Shown here piece after piece: positions 23,982 through 35,380 of a DNA stretch of 64,000 bases. How positions within the stretch are numbered: the stretch's first letter is position 1; each line of letters begins with the position of its first letter. The stretch covers positions 11,656,001-11,720,000 of the forward strand of contig JBHGNT010000005.1 in NCBI GenBank assembly GCA_043228905.1, written 5' to 3'. The DNA is from Azolla caroliniana (taxonomy: Eukaryota > Plantae > Polypodiophyta). The position numbers were made by a program, and so were the translations under genes. The notes under the pieces were generated by a model, which saw only the letters and a program-made list of their open reading frames with translations, was not told the origin of the DNA and made no database searches.

Positions 23982-24160
23982 TGAGGAAAATAATAAGCAA
24001 AAGTAAAATAAAATATATTAATATGTAGTTCTTATGAAATCGGTAATCGTAAGTCTATTGGTGGTGGTCTTATAAAGCCACCACCAACGTTGTATTCATT
24101 CTAGGGCATTATAATAATAAAACGCTTTCTCTGTTTCCCTCCTCTGTCTCTGTCTCTCTC
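23982..24160 (+). repeat. Copia-1 3' LTR, left part (right part at about 29466-29507)
   Basis: Matches 4403-4590, follows the PPT, and is interrupted in its (CT)n tract by a LINE. Confidence 0.9.
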
Positions 24161-24711
24161 TCTCCTCCTCTCTGCCGTTGCGTTGCTGGTTGCGTTGCTA
24201 ACGGCTCTCTCTGCCGTTGCGTTGCTGTCGCTGTCGTCGTCGTCGCCGTCACCGTCGTCGTCGTCTGCAGCCATTGTCTGCAGTCGCTGCAACCGTCGTC
24301 GTCTTCTCTCTCTCTCTCTCTCGCTTCCTCGTCTCTCTCTGCCGTTGTTGTCGTCGGCTAGTGTCGTCGCCGTCGTCTATTGCTGTCGTCGTCCGACGAC
24401 TACCGTTATCTGCGGCCGTCGCCGTCTGCTACCGTCTGCAGCCGTCTTCTACAGTCTGCAGTCGTCTGCCGTCTGCTGCCGTCGTCTACCGTCGTTTGAC
24501 GACTGTCGCCGTCACCGTCGCCGTCACGAGGTGTTTCTTCTCCGTTTTCTCTTGATGTGGTGAAGTGCCATTTTCTTGACGAGTTCGTGGGTGGGTTCTT
24601 TTGGTGTGCTCGTCGCGTGCTACAAAATGCCGATGTGATTGCGACATACACACAAACTCGGCTAAGTCTCGAACCCATTTATTTTACCTTTTTTTTCTTA
24701 TTGACACCACA

Positions 24712-25524
24712 ATGACGTCTAGACGGACTAAGGAACATAAGGATATACAAGACGAGGCTATAAGTAAGGAGAACTTTTTAGATATGTTTAATCATTTAAC
24801 AAAAATAGAGATGGATATGAAAAAATGGGTGAAAGACACCGAAACCCACAAGAAAAAAGATAGAGAGGAAAAAGACGCCCTCAAGGCCGAAATAGAACAA
24901 CTTAAAGTAGAAAACATCGACCTTAAAAAACAACTTAAGGACATCGAGGTATCTCGAGAAGACGGTGAAATATCCTCTATAGAGGATATAAAGGACGAAA
25001 TTAAAAAAGTTAAAGAGGAAGTTAATAATAACATAGAGTTAGCTAAAACGGGTTGGGTAGATGTGGTTAAAAGAAACATTAAAAAAGAAATAAAAGATGA
25101 AAATATTGTTAATACCACCCTTGAAGAAGAGAAAATGCGTCATGCCCGACGCTTAAATGTACGTGTCACTGGGCTCAAGGAAGGTGCATCCCCAAATGAG
25201 GACGCACAAACACTTGGGAAAATGTTAGGGTACACAGAGGCCCTACCTATCACCAAAGCATGGAGGGCCGGGCGTGACACAACTAGGAAGAGAGCCTTAG
25301 TCCTTCAATTTAAAGACTTAGACTCTAGAATCACTTTCTTTAAGAAGAGACCAATCCTTCGAGGAATGGATGGGGACCCCATCTATCTCGATGAAGACCT
25401 CACTAAGATGCAAATTGAGCATCGCAAGAGTTGTATGCCACGAGTTATGCAAGCTCGTAAAGAAGGCCATCGCGCCTTTTACCGAGACGGGCAAGTGATC
25501 ATAAATGATCGCACTACTAATTGA
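24712..25524 (+). CDS. LINE ORF1 (coiled coil plus RRM-like RRLNVRVTGLKE..IYLDEDLT domain)
   Basis: Open frame from ATG 24712, with the R..N+...G+.E and +..DLT motifs typical of LINE ORF1 proteins. Confidence 0.8.
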   Translation: MTSRRTKEHKDIQDEAISKENFLDMFNHLTKIEMDMKKWVKDTETHKKKDREEKDALKAEIEQLKVENIDLKKQLKDIEVSREDGEISSIEDIKDEIKKVKEEVNNNIELAKTGWVDVVKRNIKKEIKDENIVNTTLEEEKMRHARRLNVRVTGLKEGASPNEDAQTLGKMLGYTEALPITKAWRAGRDTTRKRALVLQFKDLDSRITFFKKRPILRGMDGDPIYLDEDLTKMQIEHRKSCMPRVMQARKEGHRAFYRDGQVIINDRTTN

Positions 25525-28500
25525 TGGCGTGTGGCCCATGTGACAGAAAATGCACTTAGGATGACCCAATGGAATTGTAATGGCGCACTCTGGGCACACC
25601 CCGGCCTCCTAGAGGAGATACTAAAGGTATCTGATATACTTTTCTTGGTAGAAACACATCAGAGCCCAAATAGAGGACTCCCACGGGTCGAAGGATTCCG
25701 TTGGGAGTCCGCTTTTAGACAAACCTCACGTCGACACACTACTAGGGGATCTTGAGGTGTCGCGATACTATTTCGTAGAGAGCTACATAATAGGATAGAA
25801 ATAATGAAGATAGACCCAGAAGCTCGTTTTATGTGGGTGAAAGTCTCCACAAGCAAAGACCATGCAGTATTTTTCGCCATTTGTTACTTTCCCCCAAAAG
25901 GATCCCGTTATAATATTGGTGGCTTGACGAGATTAGTCGATGAAGGAATGCCACATGGGCCTTCTCCATACGAACCCCTATCGGATGACATAATCCGTTA
26001 TTCTTCCCAAGGAGAAGTATTTCTTGTAGGAGACTTCAATGCGAGAACCCAATCCCGACAATGCACAGTATTTCAGATGAATAGAAACCTAGAAATGGTA
26101 AATGTTGATCCTTTAGACATAGGCACCACACGTAGATCAAAGGATCAAGGTGCGGACGCCACGAGCTTTGGCCATCATCTGCTCGAACTTGGCAGTCGGC
26201 ACCAGATGGTCATATATAATGGTTTAGCTAAGTGGCCGGGCTCGGAAGAGCTCACATGTTTCCCACATGGAGGAGGGGAAAGCACAATTGACTATCTAAT
26301 AGGGCGCCCTGAAGCTACCCACATGATTAACTCCTTCCGAATGGCCCCATGCCCTATTGGCGCAGACCATAGTTTCTTATACTTCGAGCTAAAATGTGAT
26401 ATCTCTAAGGTCACCAAGTCTAGTCAACCATGCCATCACACCACAATACATTTCACACATGAGCTCTCTGACATATACTCTCAACATGTTCAGGCCCATC
26501 TCCCCTCCCTTGATCCCTCCCTACCGTTAGAAAGCCTTAGTACAAAACTCACACACATCCTTCACTCCGCAGTAGCTAGCAGTTTCCCATATACAAAACA
26601 CTCAAATCAAGGTAGATCAGGATCAATGCCACAAAATAAATGGTATGACGAGGATTGTAGGGACCTACATAGACAACTTACAGTATCGCAACTCAATGGT
26701 AGTATTACCTCCATACAAGCTCGCAAAGAAATGCGTAAGATGACACGTCGTAAGAGACGAGCGTGGGAGGCATCCCAATACTGGGAACTCTACCATATGC
26801 TCATGAGTAGCGATTGCGCCACGGCATGGAAGAGACTACGGGAGCCAAGACCACAAACACCCATCGAAGATCCCGAAACTTGGCACACATATACAGAGAG
26901 ACTTTACCAAATCCCAAACCAACCACCCTTTCCAATGCCTTCCACACCCCGGCCTACCACGGGGACACTTTTCACGACCTCTAGGGTCATGAAGGTCATA
27001 AAGAAATTACAACATAGGAAGTCCATGGACCACACAGGATTGCGAGCAGAACACATTATATATGCGAGAGAGTGCCTAGCTCCCTTGTTAACTCTAATCT
27101 TCAATCGTGCCCTTGCGGAGGGTTTTCCACCACAGTGGACTATGAATACAGTGGCCCCCATACATAAAGGGGGGGACCCCATGGACCCAAATACATATAG
27201 GACCATTATGATAGGCCATACCCTTGCTAAGTTATATGGTGCAGTAATGGAAGCAGAGCTTAGCGACTACATGGAGACCCTAAACCTTCGTGCACCTGAA
27301 CAAGCTGGCTTTAGATGAGCCTTCTCCACTATTGATCATATCTTCACACTTAGATGCCTAATTGACCAAACTAAGGCTCGCAAGAAGAAATTATATTGTT
27401 GTTTTGTGGACTTCCGCAAAGCCTTTGACACAGTCCCTAGAGAGCGGTTGTTTGATAGACTTAAAAGCTTGAGGATACCAGATGATATGGTATGGGCCAT
27501 CTACGCACTATATGAACAAGTGTCCGGGTGTGTCCGATGCCCAGGTGGCCTATCCAATCGTTTCACTAGCATTATTGGTGTAAAACAAGGTTGCCCCCTA
27601 TCACCGACGCTTTTTGGGATCTACATTGATGAGATCACAGATTTTATTGCTCGTGAGGGAGGCACCGGAGTGGTCCTTGGGGATACGCAGGTTCGTATCT
27701 TGCTCTATGCGGATGACATAGTTTTGCTCTCTGAATCCGAACACGACCTACAGAGGCACCTTAATGCCTTAGATGACTTTTGTGCACAACGAGGATTGGT
27801 AGTGAATCTAGGGAAAACGAAAGTCCTTATCTTCCACACATCGGCCCAAGTTAGAGCTAAGTGTCACCTAACTATCTCCCATAGCCCAGTCGAGGTGGTT
27901 GGATCGTACGTCTATTTCGGAGTCACTTTTAGTGCCCGCTCAGGTAAATTTTCGATGACACAGGCAGCGAAGGATAGACTCACGAGAGGACATGCATCCC
28001 TCTCACTCCTAGAGAGACAATGCCACCAAGCACACTTTCAAGAGCCACGGACTGAAGGGTGGCTCTTTGACTCATTAGTGACCCCCTCCCTCATGTATGC
28101 ATCAGCGGTTTGGGCTCCAGGATTACCATCTTTCATGTGGATGCAATTAGAGAGACCATTGGTGATGATGCTATCACGCCAACTCCGAAGCAAATCGACT
28201 GTACACATGACATTATTAGGGCCGAGTTCACATTACCCCCAATGCTAGTAGAGGCACTTTTTCAACTTGTAGTCTTCATTGATAGGATACATAGCCAACC
28301 ACATGATAGAATATCTCATCAAGCCTTTAAGGCCTCTCGATCATTGTATGAGTCCGGCTATACTAGCTCATGGTATGGCATGATGGTGAGTTGGCTTCTT
28401 GCGAATGGTCTAGACATTAATAACCTACCTCCCCTTAGGTACAACCACACGAGTGATAACACCTGAATCTCTCATGAGAACCGCAATAAAGTAATACGCC

Positions 28501-29261
28501 AAGAAATATGGCAAATTTACACTCGGTGTAAATGGATCACCCCACTAGAGCCACTCCCATCTAAAATGTCGTACTATAAGAAACACTTCATGCATTTCTC
28601 TGAGTTAGGTTTTATCACGCGGCCAAAATATCTAGATGTATTCTTACCACATGCACCAAGGGTTGCCATTGGACAACTTAGAATATCATCTCACCAACTT
28701 GAGATTGAAAATGGCCGTACTAGTGGAGTCCCTAGGGAGGAAAGGATATGTAGGTTATGTCACACAGAGATAGAGGATGAGTACCACTTTACATGCAAGT
28801 GTCCAACCTATGCCGAGATAAGGGCAAAATACCAAGACATACTTGGTCCGTCTCCCACCCTCCCCAAACTATTAGATACTCTAGATATAAAGAAATTAGG
28901 CAAATACATTCTAGAGCTAAAACAACACAGAGAGAATAAGTTACAAAATGTTGACAATAATGTTGCTAATGATCACGAACATGTAACAAATGAAGTTTTT
29001 CAGGAACCTGAGGAGACAACGAATGCCGACACACTTGCACCACTCGGCCTTTCCATTGATGAGGCAGAAAACCAGAGAAGAACCAGACGTCCTCGGGTGT
29101 CGGGTTTCAAAGCAACTCGACGTGATGTGGAAGCAATATTGAAAATAGGGGAACGTGAGCTACACCGCCTAGAAGCCATGGCTAGGGCACTCTCTACATT
29201 GGAACCCACATCAAGACCCTTTGACCCCCCACTTCTTTTCGAGAGGCTTGGGTGGAAATAA
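25525..29261 (+). pseudogene. LINE ORF2: APE endonuclease, reverse transcriptase, zinc finger
   Basis: WNCNG, LVET, VGDFNART, STIDY, ADH; DFRKAFDTV, GVKQGCPLSP, LLYADD; LRISSHQLEIENGR..RICRLC..EDEYHF..C. Stops at 25753, 27316, 28464 and a frameshift near 28200. Confidence 0.92.
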
Positions 29262-29512
29262 AATTAGGCTTAATGTATAGTCACTTTCGAGTATACTACA
29301 TATTGTACACTACTAAAACTCTTTTAGTTTAAGTTCTATTTTTTACTTAATTTTATTTTAGTTATGATGACTGGATAAATACTCTATTGTTGTAAACCAA
29401 TTGTCTCATGGGCCAAATTTGGCCTTAGAAGACGTTAATATATCTTTCTTTCTTTTTCTTTCTTTCTCTCTATTTCTTTCTATCTCTCTTTCTCTTCTTT
29501 CCCAACAGGTAC

Positions 29513-30136
29513 TACTTACTCTTGCGTTGTTGTGTGGCAACATGATTGTCGAGATCATTGCGAATGACACCCTCTTACGTTGCCTTCACTGCCACCAAGT
29601 GCCTTATTGGTGATGCGGCCAAGAAGCACAATATAGTTTTCGATGCCAAGCATCTTATTGGTAGCTGATTTTCTGTCCAGAGTGATATCAACCTATAGCC
29701 TTTCAAGGTTACTTTTGGACCCCTTGAAAACCTATGGTCACCGTTCAGTATAAGGGAGAGGAGGAGGAGCTCGCAGGTGAAGAGGTGTCTTCTGTGGTTA
29801 TTATGAAAATGAAGGAGATTGTTGAGCCTTTTCTTGGAACTACTATCAAGAATATTGTGGTCATGGTGCTTGCTTATTTCAATAACTCTCAGAGACAAGC
29901 CACGTGATTTCTGGTCTAAATGTAAGGAGAATCATCAGCGAACCAACTCTTGTAGCTATTGCGTACTGTCTGGAAAAGAAGGCCACCAGTGTGGTGAAAG
30001 CCAATGCTGGAGATACAACTCAAGAAAACAATTGACGATTCCCTTTATGAAGGGATTGATTTTTACTCCACCATCACAAGAGACGCAAGAGATAGGTTTG
30101 AGGAGCTTAACATGGATCTCTTTTGGAGGTGTATGG
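29513..30136 (+). pseudogene. HSP70: HSP70 pseudogene continuation (ATPase domain, internally deleted, no intron visible)
   Basis: [92 protein letters not shown]. Confidence 0.9.
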
Positions 30137-30789
30137 GTGGAGCTAGTAGCTATGGTGAAGAAGAAGGCCATCACATATCAGGCTGATGAAGCATCTCCTA
30201 AAGCCTGGCAATCTGATTCATATGGCCACACAGCAACAAAATCAAAAGATCAGCACCGCCGCCACTGCCATGGTTAGATCGTGTTCTCCATCCAAAGTTT
30301 CACCAGCATTTGGCACAATCACACTACTAAAATCCAATCCAAGTGGAATTACCACCATGCGTGGCATGTATTGTCCATAGCAGCGCACACCTCTTCGCAT
30401 GAAGCCTAAAAATCCACTCCAGCATCGAGAGTGCAAGAATGATTGGCTTATGTGGGTTGTTGACAAACCGCTTTATTTCTGACTAGGTTGGAAATTGAGA
30501 AGGCTGGAATACCAATTGAAGAGCCGAGGAGAAAAGGAAGAGGAAGAAATAGAAGCAAGGAAGAGGAAGGAGAAGAAACAACAATCGAAGAAGAGGACAC
30601 AAGAGGAGAAAGAAGGGAAGCGTGCAAACAAAAGAAGGAAAAACATAAAAAAAGGACTAAAGAATAAGCAGAAAGGAGGAGAAAGAAGAAAGAGAAGAAC
30701 AAATGAAGAAAAGGAGAGAAGGCATATTGACGAAATTTCAGAAACCTAAGGATATGAGGTGGAATTTTGAAAACCTGAGGGCCCATGAA

Positions 30790-31492
30790 TAAATTTCATA
30801 AGGGTAGTTAATATAGTTTTAGAATAAAACTCAAGGGTAGGACATAGAATTTCGGAAATGCATCACTACTCATACTAAGGAAGAAAAACATATCTATATC
30901 TATATGTATATATACCCATATACACCCAAAATCATTGTTAAAACTAAAACGACTTTACCACAGTGGATAAGACGATTGGTGTGCGATCCAATTGTGCGAT
31001 ATTCTGACCGAACGAGAAGGTTCATGTCAAGCCAACTCCGATCGAAGTTATCAATCGTAGTTATGCAATCTGGTTAAGGGATTTTTGACCGTGAGAGAAG
31101 AGAAGACCGATGGAGTCCCGGTCAACAAGAGTTTTTCGGCGTGGGCTTTGTGGGTTCAACGTGCAATGCACTGTCCCACAGGCATGCCAAGTGTTATCCG
31201 TATAGGTATACGGGAAGGTTAAGGTGTAATGTGTAGGGTGTGTAATGTGTATGAGTGTGTGAGGATGAGTATGTGTATGGACACATGCACAATTATGTGC
31301 ATGTGTAGAAGAATGCGTAACGGTCTTATTTATAATGGTCATGTGACCATTACATTGGATGTATTATATAAATCCCTTATGGGCATGTAATGAATATACA
31401 TTTCTCCCCTCTCATTTTTGTGTCATTTTGTATTTTCACTTTCCTTCTCTCTCTCTCTCTATCACAACCCCTTCATCCCCCACCCATTAACA
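30790..31492 (+). repeat. LTR-like sequence (family X), copy 1; 5' boundary uncertain
   Basis: Homologous to the reverse complement of about 60330-60990. TATA-like TATTATATAAAT near 31362, (CT)n tract, ends CACCCATTAACA. Confidence 0.7.
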
Positions 31493-34400
31493 GGCGGTCT
31501 TCAACCCAAACATCATGACCACAACTACGAACACACCCCAATCCGTCATGCAGGCGGTCTTTTCCTGGTCATCTAGATGCATGTGTATCTAATTGTACCC
31601 GCTAAAGCCATCCAGGACGTTATACATCTTGTGACCCGCTACGGCATCGAGTACGTTGTTTGTAAATGGCAAAAGAAAGGCATACGTGATCGTAACTACA
31701 TTTAATTTGCGGTAGTCAACACAAACACAGATTTTGCCATTTTTCTTTGGTATGACCACAGTTGGACTAAGCCATGTGGCTTGTTTAACTAGCCTAATGA
31801 ACCCGATTTTTAAAATTTTATCAATTTCTACTTTTATCCGTGCCGCATAATTCGGGTTCATGTGGTAGTGCCTTTGTTGGACTAGTTTAGCGGCCGTCGC
31901 CAAATTGATCTGATGTTGGTAAAATTTGGGATCCAGTCCCTTTATGTCTTTGTGAGACCATGAAAACACGTCCTTGTATTCCCGCAAGAGGTCGATCATC
32001 GCCATCCTTTCGGGGGGCGTCAGGTCTTTTGCTATGGATAGAGGTCGTGGTTCCTCGTGCGTCACCACATTAATTTCATCCAAAGCCGATGTCGTAACCC
32101 GTCCTCTCGATCAAACACATCACGTGCCCTGGTTAGTTTCAGTAGCGATTCTGGTTCCGGTTCGTAATCCTCCATATCTAGCGTGGTTGTCGCGACGTAT
32201 CCGTTGGCCATTTTGATGACGTCTATTTCAAACAACAGTAATATTCCTGGATTCTCGTCTAGGTACGCCTTGAGTACCATCTCGTCTAGCCTTTCCAGCA
32301 TGTTGACTTCTTCCACGTAAAGCGGCATTATCACTTTTATGGGTGGTGTGGTCTACTGCGTCAGAACCCATACTTTGGTTGGGCCCCGTCGGAAGCTAAT
32401 GTTGTTGAACTGCCAGTTCTGCTTGATATTAGCGAAACGTAACCATCGACGTCCTAGCAAGATGGGGTAGGCACTAGGGGCATGGAGAGCCACAACGACG
32501 ACTGCTATTTCAAAGGCATGGCCACCTATTACGATTTTCAGTTTTCAGACCAACCCCAATGGTCGGACAGAACGCGTATCCCCTATACGGAGCCTGAATA
32601 GGCATACTTCCCATTCTGTAATGCCTAGACGAGTACACGTGGCTTTAGTGATAACGTTCACACCGAAACCTCCATCGATAATACAACCTGGGATTTCCTC
32701 ACTTTGCAAAACCACCTTGATAGCCGGATTCTGATGCTCGGTCACTGTTGGTCTCATACTAGACTTTGCAAAATTGGTCGGGACTTCGATTCTATCCACC
32801 CCCGGTATTTGTGTTTCCACAGCCTGCCGAAATCGAGGAACCAAGTTCATTAACTTATCCATCGTCAGAGTAATCCGCGAGTGCTTGCCATATCACGTCT
32901 TCCACGGGTGCCGTATCCTATACGTGGGAGGATGAAGTTGCGTTCGCGGACTCCTGGCACATGCGCTTGACATTCGTTGCATTCACTTTTTCGACCCAAG
33001 CTTTAGCAGTTTCGCAGATCTTGTCTTGCTCCCCCAAACAGTGGACTTGGCCTTACTGCGAGTCTTAACTTTTGGACTTCCGTCATGATGGTCTTCACGA
33101 CTAGTGTTGAGAAATCGTTGCGGAATTTAAACCACAATGAACAAACAATGTTGAAATACGAATCACAGAAAGATAAGATAGACAGTTATGCATAGAGATT
33201 TACATGGAAACCCTCAAACGGGGAAAACCACAGGAACAGAACTTCACTATAGACATTGGATATACAATACAGAGAGGATTACAACAATCTTGCGAGTGGA
33301 TCAGCCACACAGGGCTCTTCGCGTCTGTTGTTGCTCACACAACTATGGTGCGGCTCACGCTTCTCTCTCTCTCACTCTCTGCACACACTTACACAGTTCA
33401 CTCACATTCACCTTCTTCTGTTCTCATCTCTAATCTTAAAGTTTTCCGTAGTTGCATATATACTTACACAACTTTCTGGCTATTTACAAACCTAGCCCTC
33501 ATGGGGCGCACATTAGAACTATTTACAAGTATAGTCTCCCGAGTCCCTCATCAACTCAGCTCCTCTCTCCCCCATCCGGAGAGACCTATTTCCTAACATC
33601 ATCATTATTATTACCATAATAATAATAATAGTCGAATTCTCAAACAGTCGACTCATTGTTTTCGACTCTTCGACTGTCGGCTTTCCGAACAATCGTCTCT
33701 TCGTTCCATTGGAGGGACATACTCCCAACAACTAGTTCCTTTCCCTTATCGCATTGTGGACATTGAGTGGCGTAGTGTCCTGGTTGTTGACAAATAAAAC
33801 AATGGACACTAGACTCACCTTTTTCAACGATTGGGGGTGCTACCGGCTCGGCTCGTGGCGCATGCTCTTCTCGAGATCGTTGGTAGTGTCTGTTATTACG
33901 GGGCTTCCGACGATGCTCATCCTCCGAACTTTTGTTGTGGATACGTTGATTTCGAGATTGTGTATTTCCACCATATAAGCGTGGCTCAGCCTGTTCCCCT
34001 CAATTGTGAGTGGAATGTTAGTTGTCGTAGCGTTGTCCTCCCCGAGGATTATAGCGATTATTTCGTGGGTACTCCTCTTCCTCTTGATCCTCATCCTACG
34101 AATATGGATCATTGTCGTGGTGAGGACGATTGGGAGGGACCAAAGGATAGTTGCGCTCTGAACCCTGGTAGCACTCCTCCCATCGGCTTTGGTCATTTTG
34201 TCGATTAATCCGTCGAGGCTCGATACGGTGTACCGGTGATACACGGCAATTTAGCATATTATATTCGCATTGGTCCACCGTATGTGCGCGCGAGTGACAA
34301 ATAGGACAGTAGACATGCATGTTGCAATCGACTGTTGAGTGTCTCAAGTTTAAACAGACCATGCACTGAATGGCCTACCAGAAATGATACTCCTCGTCTC

Positions 34401-34900
34401 TCGATAACGCTTGCCGTAACGATGCCATAGACAGCCCTTCGTCCTCATCCTCTAACTCTAGTTGTAGGGCCCGTTCAATGACCGTGTTTGTCGTCAGTCT
34501 TGTGAAGTTTTGCATTCCCAACATTGTTCACAATGGCCAACGCAAGGCAGCCAAAAACGTTTCTTTTGCCTCGTTTTCCGTGGAAACTCTTGTCAGTTGG
34601 TGCATTAGATTCTGGAATTGTAGGCTGAAATCGGCGACTAACTTTTGCTGGAGCTTCCAAATAGAGTAAAACTGGCCAATAATCTCGCATTGTGGAATGC
34701 TTCGGTGTAAGAAGCGTAAAAATGCCGAGTAGAGTTGGTCGAAGGAGCCAAAAGTCGCGATGTCGAGCTGGGAATGCCAACGTGCAGCGCGTCCGTCGAG
34801 GGTCAAGCCAAGCTCCACAATTTTGGAAGGATGAGCGTGACCTTCCACATCGGTTTCTCTACTGAAGTGAGGGTATGAGAAAGCCATCGCAGTAGATTGT
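31493..34900 (-). mobile_element. Non-chromovirus Gypsy element B: gag, protease and truncated RT, degenerate
   Basis: MAFSYPHF gag start, CMVC..HSTVDC..CPICHSRAHTVDQC, IIDGGFGVN protease, CVDYRKLN..LDGFSGYN RT. Confidence 0.88.
33105..33730. mobile_element. Solo LTR, 626 bp
   Basis: TGTTGAG..CCCAACA ends with 5-bp TSD ACTAG at 33100-33104 and 33731-33735. Confidence 0.9.
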
Positions 34901-34999
34901 CCGGGGCTAGGGTAAATACTACCGATTGTTGCCGATTAGGAACACGGTCTTCAGTCAATCCTTCGACCTAGACCTCAAGGTGACTACGTAGCTCCAAAT

Positions 35000-35380
35000 G
35001 GGACCGTCATGCCGTAAAGCGTAATGGGATACCTCTCCGTATCCTAGTAGCGTATAAGAGAGACGGCTACAACCGAACTCCCTATACAACACACTCATCA
35101 CAGCACTCACACTTACGCCTACGCTTTCTTACGATTATGGTGATTACGATACGCCACCAGGAATCATAGACACACAATAGATTAACCACAAATATGCACA
35201 AGATATGCTCTATGCACCAAAATTTACACGCTACGTCTATCAGAGGATTTCTGCCCTTTATATACACAAGGTCTTTTAGCCGTTCACATTTCTTGCGTGA
35301 ACCGTTTACATGCATTACAATTTTACTGTATTCTATATTCTATATTTCTGCGCTCCTGTCCGTCGGTTACTATTCCGGCA
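35000..35380 (-). repeat. Gypsy LTR lying between elements A and B (inner boundary approximate)
   Basis: 35210-35380 matches 48043-48220. Preceded on the minus strand by purine tract AAAGGGGTGGGG at about 35387-35398. Confidence 0.65.

Larger units (their letters stand above)
24165..29465 (+). mobile_element. Near full-length LINE (RTEX-like) inserted in the Copia-1 3' LTR microsatellite
   Basis: (GTC/GCC)n-rich 5' UTR, ORF1, ORF2 with APE endonuclease, RT and C-terminal CCHC, (TCTT)n tail. Ends approximate and TSD not resolvable. Confidence 0.85.
4403..29507 (+). mobile_element. Ty1/Copia LTR retrotransposon (Copia-1), degenerate, with nested insertions
   Basis: TG..CA LTRs, PBS TGGTATCAGA at 4646, PPT AGGGGGGAG at 23973-23981, TSD GGTAC at 4398-4402 and 29508-29512, gag-PR-IN-RT-RH order. 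Confidence 0.95.

Noticed and set aside
24101-24678. Arg/Ser/Cys-rich ORFs
   Set aside because: Products of (GTC/GCC)n low-complexity LINE 5' UTR sequence.
30448-30786. Charged or hydrophobic small proteins
   Set aside because: Translations of a GA-rich low-complexity tract; the same applies to 61178-61438.
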